Made by a program: the position numbers and the translations under genes. Under the pieces are notes generated by a model. The model did not search any database and was not told the origin of the DNA. It worked only from the letters and a program-made list of their open reading frames with translations. A stretch of DNA of 64,000 nt from Lytechinus pictus (lineage: Eukaryota): positions 1,488,001 through 1,552,000 of the forward strand of contig NC_087251.1 in the NCBI RefSeq assembly GCF_037042905.1, read 5' to 3'. Below, in pieces: positions 1 through 13,300 of the stretch (position 1 is its first letter; every line of letters starts with the position of its first letter).

Positions 1-140
1 AGAGCTATGACCTCTACTATGCTGGTCTGACACCAGAATACCACAGCCAGACTGCCATACATTAGGAGGGTTAAGATCAAGCACTTCCAGTGGGTCTCTT
101 CCCGAAGACTGGTACAAGCTGTACGCCGAATCGGTGTTTG
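1..140 (-). CDS. TMEM151: TMEM151-family membrane protein, internal coding exon (continues beyond window start)
   Basis: Minus strand: polypyrimidine tract + CAG acceptor at 141-143, then phase-0 open frame QTPIRRTACTSLREETHWKCLILTLLMYGSLAVVFWCQTSIVEVIA. This matches the recalled TMEM151A/B motif QRP..SL.RESHWKCLLL.LLMYGCLG.V.WC. Confidence 0.88.
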
Positions 141-3100
141 CTGAAAGAGAAACAGAGAAAATATGGTAAAATAAATAAGGGTCAAATTTTTTACAACCTT
201 AATACATTAAGGTAAATTTTGATAAACAATAATTAGAAACATTGTACTTTGTCTTATTTTGATGTATAGGCTACCCTTGACCCTTTTTAAACATGCATTC
301 TTGATTGACCTATCACACCTTTGCACCAACAGATGTCTGAAGAATTAATATTGTGTTCAATTGTTGAGATTTTTCAAGTAAGGCGTCAGTATAAGAAGAA
401 AAGAAAAAGTAGACCAAAGAATAGAGTGTGTACTCACAGGTAAGAGAGATTTTTTCCACATTTTAATTCTTATTTAGGAAGCACTGTGATAGAGATATTG
501 CACGTTGCAGTTCATGCAAAACGCCTTGAGCAATTGTCAACGCTGTTCTTTTTTCGTCTAGCTATAATGACATTTTTATAACTTCACATCTTACATTCAC
601 TTATCTCAAACAAAGAATTGTATAAAACTAATTTGGTAGGGATCGTGTAGGAAATAATACCATATAAAAACACTGTCTTTCAAAGACGGCATGGAATTGC
701 TCATCCCTGTGAGATTATGAATGTTTTATGGAAACACTAGGAATTAATAAGGCAATTTATACCCTAGTTTTGTCAAAATCTTAGGGTATGTTATTCTTTA
801 TCACGTCACTTCGCATGCAGTACACTTTCTATTAGCTTGTAATATGGCTGATAAAGGGCATGGCGAGCGATACAATTGAGTAGTTACATTCTAAACAACC
901 CAAACTAGATACCATCAATCTAAATAGACTCAGAATATCCATTGACATTTCGTGTTGGTCGAATACCATGAACAAATTGCTACATTCTACTTCTAAACAA
1001 AAGCAAGCTATATGACCTTAGTGTACTTTTCAATATTTTTCCTACGTCGAATTGAAATAGGGATGCCATGTAGCCTTTGACAAATCGAAGGAAGACAAAC
1101 ACAATACTACATACAATAGTACCAGATGTTCTATTACCGTCTAATGCTATTAAGGAAAGATTTTGTTTCGTAAACCAATTTGGGAAAATAACAATATTTC
1201 CCTTAAGTTCATTTTGATTTGAATTCATCAGAACAAGCACTGTAATATGATGACTATTATAGTTTTCTTGCCCCTTCTCTCTCTTTCTTTGATTTGATTG
1301 ACTTTTACCTTTGCATTTCTTGTCATCATGTTTAAACCGTTTTCTTTTGTAGGTTTCAGTCTCTGCATATATTTCGAAACCGTGTAGGGTCATCACACAT
1401 TGCTCTCAAGTTGATTTCAACATATTTATTATATTAAAAAGGAATGTTGTGATTATTTATCGAGTAAGAGCTATTACATTTTGTGTATGAAGTATGTTGC
1501 CTGATTATTCGTTTTATAACACATTTTGTGTGAGAGGGTGTGTGAAATACAATTCTGTCCTTATATCTGATTTACTACTAACAAATCAACTTGTACACCA
1601 TGTGATGTCTAAAATCGAGAAGATGCAATTTTAGTATTGCTACTCGACTATTCCAATTTCCGTAAACAATTTGTGTAATTTCTCATGTTTTATTTTTCTT
1701 ATGTTGCATTATTCCGCCCACAATCGAGAGAGATTCAGAACGTCATTACCACAATCCTACCAACACAAGATAGCTTTCTATAGATTAGTGGAATCTACCT
1801 CTCTCACTGCCGTGCTTCATTTAAATTTATGCCCGCCTGCTCGTGCTGCAAGGATATGTTAAAAGAACAGCAACATGCAATTCACATTTCTGAAGCAGTC
1901 TCTTCAATCTAGAAATGACATGTTGCTTTAAAGTGCAACTAGTGCGAGTGGGTGATTTGTTGTTTATAACAATTCTTTTCAATGTTCAGGAAAGCAAAGC
2001 GGCGTTAGATTCCCAAATGTTTCATTGGTTGGGTCAATGGGGGGGGGGGGGGGGTCACGACCAAGCTAAAAAAAAAGGGAGAGAAGGAAAGGGGAAGATG
2101 GAAATATATTATTTTTTGAATATCATGGTTCGCTTTGCTCGCTCACATCTTTTGAAAGAAGTTTTGCTCGATCCGCCAACTCTTACCACCTCAACGATAT
2201 TGGCTCATTACGCTCCTGGGTTTGGTAAGCAAGTAGCTTGACCGTAGACCCATAAAGATGTTCTCACAATTATTACAGTAGAAACCAATGGGTAACCGAC
2301 AGGAATTACCGAGTTTGATTAGATTGCTAAAATAATGTTAATGATAAACACAAGAGACATTCCTTTACAAGAACCATTGTTATATTAAATCTTTATTATG
2401 CATTTTCCTGTATTATGTACTCAACTGTCTTCACAATTACTCTTAAAATGTTTTTCTTTAAGTATGGTAGTGATTATGAATAGATTCCGATGATGGCGTA
2501 TATTGTAAAGTAGATGTCATTTCACATCAATAACACATTATTAGTCTGTCTGCTCCAATCGAATTTACTCGGTTATCTCTGTCACAGTGAGCACCTTTAA
2601 GTGTTACTACACTTTTCATTACCTCTGTGCATGTGACATTTCTGATTGTGTGGTCGTGATGTTTTGGCGCGCTTTCTGTTGTAAGAAAAGACAGTCAGCA
2701 GGTGGTTTTGGCGGGAAATGCCCTGCAGAGAATGATACAGCTCTGGGCGGGCAAAATTGAGAAGACGTTGGAGGCTGTCTTTGAACAACATATTCTCACA
2801 CTCTGATGCAATGACGGCGTTATATCCTTCCTATGAATTTTAGGAATTGAAAGAGCTTGAATGCAGTTAGGCTTCGTCATTGAACCATTATATGAAGGAA
2901 ATAACTTTTCAAAATCGATATGTGACTTGAAGATTTGGATCACAAAAAACGAAATAAGGATCAATTTGAGTATGTTTTTTATTCCTCACAGACAGACGTT
3001 AGAAAGTTAACAGCCTCAAAGATTTGTTTGTATAACGATTCATGACAGTGACAACAGCTCATTGTAAAACACCATTGAATGTCTTCTTGTAAATGAGACG

Positions 3101-4937
3101 CAACCACCAAAACGTGAAACTAAGTTTCACATGCTGCCCAACTTTTTTCTTTCCTTATTTCAATTATGGTACTCCTTCTAAAGCAAGGATTGATGAAAAA
3201 ATGAAATGGACTAGGCAAAGTCATGTTATAAGAGATTCAGCTTGTTCATGATTTTCTCAACTCGGTTGTTTTGATATTACTCTGCAGGCTAAGATTATGA
3301 GACGTAGTTTGATTTCCTTGTAAATTCCTGATTAAATGTCACATGCCCCTCAGCTTGTAACCCTTCTTTATATTTCATGTTCTGGATTATGGAAATTAAT
3401 TTCGAGGCATGTTATCATAATTCCCATCCCACATGTTTACCATCTAGTTAGAAGTAGGCAGGCCTAGGATGCATTATACCGAGCGGTAGTTTTAAAAGGA
3501 GTTATTAAATCACCAGGTTTGCCCTCCTCGCCTTCACTTCAACCTGTGTTTATCATTGCACTTTGTCGACCCGAGAGAATGCCGAATTAAGATGAAAACC
3601 AAGACTGGAGAATAAACCAACAGATGCGTTGACACGGCTGTACCACGCATGTATTAGGCCATGATTACAGCAAGGGTATTCATCAGGTCCCATTCCATTT
3701 GACATGTTTGATGTGGGCACATTTAAAGCCACCATAGATGTGATTTGAGAGCGGTCGAAATAAGAGCCGACTGTCTAATGAAAAAGGATAAGAATGGAAC
3801 TCAGGCAGAGACGTCATCAAAATGTCTTCTGATTAATTTTGGTGAAATGATCAGATTCGTCGGGAGTCAGGGGCTTTGTGCTGGTGTCTTGACATGAATT
3901 GGGACACACAGTCACCATTCTTTCCCCTTGAGAAGGGAAAACGTCACGTGATCTTCCAATTTCCATGTTCTCTCTACAACGTCACCCCGAAAGTTCAGGA
4001 ATACAGCAAATATGTTCGATTGGACACGTGGACGTCACAGAAAGCGCATTTCAAATATTTTAACAGTTTGCTTTTATCGTACGTTAACCATAGTGGTCGC
4101 TACAGATCACTTCCTTTATGATGCACATTAATTTCGTGTTTAAGATATATCAAGCAAAATGAAGCAATTATCAATCTACATGTATATAAATCTATTAAAA
4201 ATTTGATTTTCATTCATTCATTCATTCGTTCATCCACGTTTTCATTCGAAGTGCTTTCATTCATGAAAAAAACACGTGGGTTGAACCACAAGGCATTCAG
4301 ATTGCCCCGTTCCAAAAATGTTTTAAGCGGGACACATTAACAAAAACAACATGAAATTAAATTTTATTTTGAATGTAAGGTGCTTATCTAATTTAGATAA
4401 TAGGGTTGGTTGTTTATTTGTGTGTCGGTCCCCTTTCACGAACCTCTTTCATTCCACAAACGTACACCTAATTAGATTTAATTGAATGAGAACAAAGGAA
4501 ACCGAAACGAAAACCTAAATGTCGGTTCCCTTTTTTGCGGTTCGGCTCTCAATCGCAGTAAGAAAGATGGCGAATCAGAAAAAGAAATCTTTGAAGGAGA
4601 AACAAGAAATATTTCTGATCTAAAAATTTTGATTCTTTACAGGTGAGGTAACATGACGTGAATATGGCGGGAATCGTAATGCAACCTTGGGGACTACTTA
4701 TTGAATGACGAGAAAAAACGAAGCGTTAAATGGATGCTAATTTGGGCTTACAGAAAAGGGGTGGACGAGAGGTGTTGATGAACCGGTGGGGTGGGGTAAA
4801 TCTTATCCTTTGATTTCTTATGGAATGATGGGTATTGGAAGGTGGATTTAAAGGTGTGAGTGTATGTGAAAGTAATGATGTGCGTATCTGTGTGTGACAT
4901 TAGCCACCTTTCGCAATCATCACGGACGCTAATATTA

Positions 4938-5066
4938 GGGTTCCCTAACACAAAAGTTAACGCTTAATCATACACTTGAACTTTAAGATTGATTGTATAT
5001 TGTAGTCAATAGAATCAAACGTAAAAAAATGCTCTACAATCAATGCTAAGGTTTGTGTTACTGGGG
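4938..5066. mobile_element. Degenerate MITE (probably Harbinger-type)
   Basis: Imperfect inverted ends CCCTAACACAAAAGTTAACG / GCTAAGGTTTGTGTTACTGGG and an inner GATTGATTGTA / TACAATCAAT inversion. Confidence 0.5.
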
Positions 5067-5525
5067 GTTACAGGCCCTACAGATCTGCTTTTCGTGTGCA
5101 AAATCTTTCCCGCGACACCCGCACCATACATGCATGTACATTACGACTGATGGCTGGAGATATTCGAAATGCAGGACCTACAATAGATTATGACATGGAT
5201 AAGAAAGTGGTTTTTCAAACAAATCGAGTACATATTGAGTGAGGAAAAAGTTACTGAATTAAGGCTTAGATATAGATCATTACAGTCCGTCGAATCGATA
5301 CTGCATTTAATGTGGATTATTGGTGGATCTCTGGCAATTGATTCCATGGGTCAAATCACCTCTCCAGCCGAAACCATTTCGCATGCGTTGATTATGTACA
5401 CAGCATGTATACGTCTGACGTTTTTTTCTATTGTTTACTCCTACACAAACGATATGCCTCTCTAGCACACAATGTAATGGGCATTATGTTTTATTTTCCC
5501 CAGAAATGGGGATTAGATTCGAATT

Positions 5526-5830
5526 CCCGGGGGGGACCACTTCCATTGATAAGTGGATACCAGGCACGACCATGCGGTTTCGAAAAGCACCATAAACAAG
5601 GGAAGCAAGGCTTTTCCAGATTATGAAAATGCATCTCTTAACAAGTATTTAGCTTGTGAAACCCTACAAGTATTGAAAACATATCCCCCTTTTCAGTATT
5701 TTAATCATCATTTTTGACACCCTTGTAACGTTTCATAGGCCAATACGTAACGTACTTGCCCACTGATCTTTCCCTTTTTACGTGTGGTCGCGCCAGGTAT
5801 CCACTCTTCAATGGAAGTGGGCCCCCCGGG
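5526..5830. mobile_element. MITE with ~46-bp imperfect TIRs (CCCGGGGGG...CCACTTCCATTGA..AGTGGATACC)
   Basis: Inverted termini at 5526 and 5830; no clear TSD. Confidence 0.75.
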
Positions 5831-6119
5831 CGGCCTCTCGAGCTCTGGGAGGAACCAAATGTGGCTTTGGAACGTCATCCCAGATCGGATATATCGCTGT
5901 TACCATAGTAGCAACCAGAATTTTGCACACGAAACGCATATTGAATGTTTCCGTTGCAGATGCGAAACGAAAAAAAATCTCATGTCACACAATTTGCATT
6001 GCTGGACAGAGTTTTACGATCATGACGACGGGCCCAAAAGTCTCTTCCAAAATCAACTAACGTCGTAAACAATAAGCGTTCGCGTTCTCCAACGAAAGGT
6101 CGGGATTGCTAGTTCAATA

Positions 6120-6250
6120 CATCCATAACCTGCTGCACTCAACCATGGTGAGGTAAATGGGGACATAACTGGGACATCAAATGCGTAACAGCTTCTCGAT
6201 TTGAGTGACTGGACTTCTAAAAGTGTTATGCGCTATATGTTTATTTTTTT
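6120..6250 (+). mobile_element. Degenerate SINE fragment
   Basis: TGCTGCACTCAACCATGGTGAGGTAAATGGG matches the core of the SINE at 57681-57951. Confidence 0.55.
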
Positions 6251-7150
6251 TTTATTTTTTCAATTCATTCAGTGAAATTATTCCTACCATTTATTGTTAT
6301 TTTGATAATATAGTCTTGGAATGTTATTTGGAATAAAATTTGATGATTTAATAAAGATTCTTTAACCTACAATATGATTATTCAATTATATTGAGGATGA
6401 AATATGCATAGGTTTGAAATCTGCTCTGAATAATATTTTATAGAACCCTTTGGGAGCAACAATAAAAAATGAATGATGTACTCCTTTTTAAAATATTTGC
6501 ATGTATATGAAGGATTAATGGATATTATGAACTGTCAGTGGTAATATTATTCTTGAATGATTGCTATATACGTCTTTTGTTTAGGACAAACATTGATAGT
6601 CATCACCAATTAAGCGTGATTAGTCATGCAGATGAAATAAATTGTACGTTAGAAAGAAATACTGTCAATTACTGATGTCAAGTTATTTTTCTTTTGATTT
6701 TTGCATTGTTTTTAAGATTATGTGGCTGGTACATACAAGTTATTCTTAAAATTGTACCTCCTTTCTTAGTATGCGACTCGCAAACTCTGAGGATTAAAGA
6801 GCGTATCCGAATGAAAAAGAAGATGGATTGTATTGAATATAGAGAGAGTAACGTCGTCATCAGTGTAAGATGTGTCATAATATTAGCATTGATAGGCTGC
6901 TGCGCACCGGGCATATATGCCGACATACTTGACCCTGCGTATTGGGCGGCTTACTCAACAAACGCTCACATGTAAATTTGTAGAATGTGAAACCCTGGTC
7001 AACAATACGAATCTCCATATTTTAAGAACGTTTTCACAGCCATAATACATGTAGCCGATATTACTATCCCCAGCCTTGGGTTAGCGCCTACTCAAATAAA
7101 AACTCGATGTAAATGGATTGTGCTTGAATATGCGCTTTATGTCATGAATA

Positions 7151-7960
7151 CCGTGTTTACACTTAATCGGCATTTTCATAGCGTGTAAACGCGAGTAACT
7201 TGAATCGGCTCGCGGTTCAGAACCGGCAATTTGCACCACCAAAGTAGGACGTCGTAGACAGCACCTCAGCAAACATATTCAAGAGTGAGGTGCAACATGT
7301 CAGACTATGTTAGTCTGCATTTGTTTGTAAATATGTAAATATTATATATATGTTGGCTTTTTTTTACCACAACTTCAACGGTGGATACTCAGCACTCAGC
7401 ATTCAAGTCCACAATACAGTACGACAATACACCACAGGTGGTATGTACTTATATAGGAAGAAGAAGAAGAAGAGGTTCTGAACCGCGAGCCGATGCAGAA
7501 TCGGCTTTTTTACTACGTGTAAACAGAAAGCCGATTCTGCACCGGCAATTTGTGCGCATTTCAATTACTTTTAATACCATTGTGACGTAATTGTAAGCGC
7601 ACTGATCCTAGTCTGCTGGGCAAACCCTTCACTCGAATTAAGGGTCTGAATGTGCAGCCTACTCATGCCTTGTGTACTGAAGGCTCTCTCGCTCAGGAAT
7701 AGCAAGTTTTGTATGTGCTAGTCTTTGCGTGGAGGCACACTTATTGATCAAATTTCCAATCAGGGTCTGTGCCTGCAGACTACACTGATCCAGCGTTGTC
7801 TTTATTATGACGTATATTGTTGGTATGCGTATCATTTCAGGTTTTTGCATCGGCTCGTGGTTCTGAACCGCGAGCTGTAACAACGTGTAAACGCAATCCA
7901 AATGCCGATTCTGCATCGGCATTTGGTTCAGAACCAATTGCCGATTAAGTGTAAACACGG
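7151..7960. mobile_element. MITE with 22-bp TIRs, flanked by TA
   Basis: CCGTGTTTACACTTAATCGGCA at 7151 and its exact reverse complement at 7939-7960; TA on both flanks; internal GGTTC(A/T)GAACC palindromes. Confidence 0.85.
7609..7782. mobile_element. Nested 174-bp MITE with TAGTCTGC termini and 9-bp TSD (AcademH-like by TSD length)
   Basis: TSD CACTGATCC at 7600-7608 and 7783-7791; imperfect TIRs TAGTCTGCTGGGCAAACCCT / TAGTCTGCAGGCACAGACCCT. The family assignment is inference. Confidence 0.8.
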
Positions 7961-8436
7961 TATATATGATGGGGATAGAAGTCTCAATGTGAACAGCGTC
8001 ATAAGATAAACGTATGTTCATATGCAGGACCAATAAATCTTGAATTAAGGAACAGATGGGAGTACTGCGCTTGTCTTATATGCTAGAGTAAAGACGGTGA
8101 GTGTTGCGTATCTGTTATTCATATACTTGAACAAGTGAGTTTGCTATGACCATCTCAAGCTGGGTTCCACAAACTACTGGTGAAGAAAACTTCTGAATAT
8201 ACACTATTACTACCGCAATTGGGAATCTTAGAGAAGCCGACACAAGATCTCCTCTGCTATAATCATCAGGACTAAAGGAGGTAGCGTAAACAGGGTGGGG
8301 GGAGGACTGAAGGAGGAGACGATGTAGAATGTGGAGGAGAAGAAGATTAAGATGAAGAAAAAGAAGAGGAAGAAGAAGTAGAAGAAAGAGAAGAAGAAAG
8401 AGAAGATGAAGAAGAAGAATAAAGAAGGAGAAGGAG

Positions 8437-8662
8437 CACTGTTAAAAAAATAATTTAAACAACGACTATGTGAATCGCACAGTAGTTGTTTAAACATTTT
8501 AAACAAGCGTTTAAAATCTTAAACAACAAATATTAAATTCAAATATTTAATTATCAATAATGTATGCATTGTTAAGATTTTAAACACTTAATGTTTAAAC
8601 TTTTTAAACAACTATTCTGCGATTCACATAGTAAACAGCGTTGTTTAAATTATTATTAAGTG
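8437..8662. mobile_element. Palindromic CACT-ended MITE (CMC/EnSpm-like) inserted in a GAA-rich tract
   Basis: Arms AATAATTTAAACAACG..ACTATGTGAATCGCA..TAGTTGTTTAAA mirrored by TTTAAACAACTA..TGCGATTCACATAGT..CGTTGTTTAAATTATT; purine-rich GAA repeats on both sides (~8310-8436, ~8674-8720). Confidence 0.75.
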
Positions 8663-10314
8663 CATTTAAAAATGAGGAGAAGAAGAAGGAGGATTATGAG
8701 AAGAAGAAGAAGAAGAAGAGGGTGTAGGGGCCTATGCTAATTAGTAAACGAAATATTATTCCTTAAACTGATTGGGGTATTTTATGTCCCATTGCCTAAA
8801 ATACTGCTACCGCAGTTCAAGAAGATGAACACGACATTTTGTTTTACGTAATTCATGATTATTTCTTCTCATCAATCAGTAATATGATTTCAAAGAAAAA
8901 AAAATCGAGAAAGTGTTTGGCATATCGATAGCTTGATCGTGCGATATATCTAAATGTTCAAGACATTATTTTAATATGCATTAGTGTATGTAATAGAAGG
9001 GGTGATCTCCATAGATTTTAATTGTTTTCGCTTAGCTAGCTCTCACAATCAAGTTTAAATTCCTCCTCCGAGGTCACTATAAACGTTTTCATATCGCTAT
9101 TATAACTCCCCCTTGTTCAACCCGTCCTTTCGCCGCCACGCTCTTTTTACGATACCTTCCCATCTATCATGGGGATTACAAAACAGTGTTGGCGCCACAA
9201 CCACCGCTTTCTACATATCCCTATACGTCTACCGTAGCCCCAAGTATGCATCCTGCTTCAAGTATCCACCCCAACCACAGTCTTTGTATCTACCATTAGT
9301 AGAGGATTACGGACCATTATATTTCTTACGGAATGATTCAACAAGTTACTAAAGAAGTGCCCCAATTCTCCGTTGCGTGACAACATCATGAAACATTAGA
9401 TAATAAACATGCGTAGGATTATATCCTCCCTCATAAATTCAATGGTATCTGTTAAGTATGTCTAGATGGAAACGCCTTTGACATTTTATAATGCCATGTT
9501 TCTCTCATATTGTTTTCTATACATATTTTTAAATCAAATATTGACTACACATGGTACAAGTGGTGATATTATATCCGATGTAAATTGTGAATAAAGAGGG
9601 TTTATAGGAGGTAATAATAATTTGTAAACAAATTTTCGGCATTACTCCTATGTGTTTAAGATCGCATGCTCGATCTGTAATGAAAATCATAAGTCAGAAA
9701 GTTTGTTTTATAGGCCCTAATGATAATACCACAAAATTAAATCTCCCGATGTAAATCGCTATCCACATACAGATATAACAGTTCGTGTGTTTTTAATAAG
9801 TGGGAGCAATTTTGCACCCCTGTTATATTTTGAGTATTGATATTGGAGTGTATAGCGCGCAAGAGTTATCTACGTCTTCTGATCACCAAAGAGTCAGCCG
9901 TGTCTATGTAAAAAATCGCCTCACGAAATCTCAGTATACAGACTTATCATCCTCAGACCACACTAGCTATATCATTTTCGTTTGAACTGTCGTTTTTATC
10001 ATTATTAATACTTATCATGTTTTTATTATTTTCTGTACAATGGTTGACAGTTAACTTTATTCAAAACTTAAATATACATACAAATACAAATTATCATGTC
10101 CACATTATAACACCAATAATTTACATTCAATCATATTTACGATAAGTGTAGACGGAGAGAAGTATAGGGTTTACATTTGCATTATATCACAATATTAATT
10201 TTTAGATAAGAAAATACAAGTAGACATTAGATAATAAAATACTAAGTTTGTGTTATAGGCCCTAATGATAATACCACAGAATTAAATTTCGACAAAAACA
10301 AAAATTATAACTCA

Positions 10315-10360
10315 AGAGAGAGAGAGAGTGTGAGAGAGGGAGAGAGAGAGAGAGAGAGAA
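10315..10360. repeat. (GA)n microsatellite
   Basis: Directly visible. Confidence 0.85.
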
Positions 10361-13300
10361 AAGGAGAGCTGGTGCTAAAGAAGCGTACGAGGGGATAGAG
10401 AAATAGAAAATAGAATAAGGGAAGGCCAGAAGATTAGTGATGAAATCGATATACCTTAACATTGACACAAATGAATAGATATATTTAATTTAATCGGATA
10501 GAGTTTAAAACCATGACAAACACAACTAAAAATAACGCTTCCGATCAGGAAAATTGTGTTTGATTTAACTTGATTTGGTTATGTGAGTTACGCGTGATCG
10601 GAAATTAAGTGTAAGAAGTGTGTGGTATAAAAATAATCAGAAGTATATGTTAAACAATAAATCATAGATAATCTTTTAAACTGTACTTCATTTACACCAG
10701 TGTTCAAAGCAAAGAAGAATGTACACATCAAGGATGTCAAAATGACACCATTACAGCTACTGGGCTAGATTCATGAACCAATATTGTGATTGCCTATGGA
10801 AGCCAAGTCTATTGTATCACATCACATTCAAACTCAATTATCGCGCTGCCGTTTGTACAAAGATCAATAAGTTTTGATTACATTGATAATTCCCCCTCTG
10901 TGATGAATGCTAACGTGTTGATTTACATCTTAATAACATTTGGTGAATTTCTGATAAGGTCCACCAACGGATGAACCGCCAAAATTTAATCCCACTCACG
11001 ATAGTTTGTGATCAGAATCGTTTAGGATTTTATCTTTCCTTACGTCTTTCCTTTCTATTCTTGAGCTATAGACACCATCGGCAAGAAGTCAGTTGGATTG
11101 GCTTTCATCAACAGGCACACGTCTTATGTTCAAATCTAGTTTACTCCTCATCTAAGGAGACGTCTCCCCTTCCCTCTCAATGCATAACAAAGTGAGACAC
11201 CTGGGTTTTTATTTCGTCTTTACCGCTCTCTGGTAGCAGGAAATTTGCGAAGTGAATATTGACTCCACGTTCTTGAGTTTAAGATATAGAAATTGTATTG
11301 ATGCCGTATTGTAATAACGCAATCGATTCTTTTAGCAGGGAGAACCCAAGAAAAACAAAAGTGTTCTATTTCAAAGTCAATCTAACTATGACGTTATTGA
11401 GAGAACTCTCTGTCTGAGAATGCCTAGAAACAGTAGCGTGAAATTAAAGGAGGCAGATTGAAAATAAAGAGAAGGATGAACGATGCCCGGGGTGATTATG
11501 GCTGACTTGATGAATATAGAGACCGCGAGATGGCATAAGGACCTGCGTAAGTGGCTTTCTTTCAGACAACCGGAAGTCGTGGAATTCCAGTCTATTTTCA
11601 AGGGATCCAAGCAAACCATTGCTGCTACCCATCATGTCTATCTTATATGCTTGTGTTTAATTACCAAGACATGCTAATGACCACGTCGGTGACTTGAGAG
11701 TACTCCTCTAGCAGAATTACTGAACTCGTGCCTTGATCTGAAAGGCTCCTCACAAAAAGGAAGAAAAAGACGTCAGGCAAGCGCCATTTTACTCCTTAGA
11801 GGAATTCAATAGAGAGAAGCGCCAGAAGCAGGGATATCCAAGTATAATTACGTTTTAGCGCCATGAGCAGAGTAAGGACTGTCGAAGAAAAGAAAATGAC
11901 ACCGATTCCTGGGAGCTAATATAAGTGAAAAGAAAACAACTGAGGCTAATAAGATATGTCACATCATCATGTCATTCTTTTATTAAATTATTTTACACCA
12001 GCACAGAGAAGTGATATTTTGATATGAAAACTTATATCAATATTATTATGTCGCGTGTGATACATTTCCGTCGTTTTCTAAGCATCACGAGAGAAAGAAC
12101 AAAGTACAAATATAATTTAGTTGAAATTAGCATTAAACCTTCCAACTAATAGTGTTTTTTTACCAGTGTATATGCCTATGTATTATTTTGGTTAGTGTTT
12201 TGTTTCGTTTACAATGATGCGATGATGGCATCTTATCAGTAGAAAGTATATAGGTCTTGTATAATGTTTTTATCATCAAAATGGCGAGAGTGGTATCAAG
12301 GACTTAGGTTATCCTTGAAATTATACATTGATAAATTCTTGAAAAGATAACTTTAATTAAAATCAGTTTAAACATCTACAATAACCCTGATTCACATGCC
12401 GTTTGTCCCACACAGTGTCTTACACACAAATTCCCGCATATCCCACATCATACATACAATTCACCCACATACTCACCCTCCCTCACGCGTCTAACACATC
12501 AATGCTCTTTCTTTGCTCTTCATACCCTCACCCACACACTCTCTCCTTCTTTCTCTCCTCTTTCACTCTAACACACGCCCTACACACACCCTCTCGCATA
12601 CTCTCACCGACACCCGGAAACCCTCACACTCATCCACACACCCACACACTCACATACATGTAGTCATAAATATCTCGCACAAAAATCATCCTGAACATTG
12701 GTAGTACATAGTGCATTCGTGCTATTTTACACCCCAAAACATGCACACGCATTTTCCCAACGTCTTCAGTAGACTTGTATATTTGATCCTAGGTAAAGTA
12801 GAGCATGAAAAAGTACGTAAGATAAACAGAGCGTGCTCGTTCACAGAACAAACTGTCTGGACAAGAAGCAATGACATCAGTTGTCCCCTTCTCTATCGAT
12901 TCTTTTATCAGAGACCTCCTCACTTGTGCTAGTACCCACTGTGTACAATGCAAAGGTTACCTTCAATAAACTGTATACAATAAGAGCCTAAAACATTATG
13001 TACACAATCTCTTTGTTTCATTTTCATTCCTTTCTTCATCAAAATTAAATAATGAAATTTGAATTTTGACAGGAAACAATTTCTTGAGCGACAATTATGA
13101 GCAGAATTTGAATGACACACAAAGAGAGTTCAATGGATTTCCTACCTGAATGGACGTTGTGACTGATTTTTGTTCTTCTGTAAATCTCATGTTTTTTTTA
13201 TAACAGTGCAGAGAGCGATTTTGAAAATGTAGCTTGGAATATAGCAGAAATTAAAACAAACAGGCAAAATGATAATAAAACACAATAATGATTCGAATTT

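Noticed and set aside
3555..3572. miR-92-like ATTGCAC seed (also a miR-34-like TGGCAGTGT at 13861)
   Set aside because: Only the seed matches; no full mature sequence or precursor hairpin is evident.
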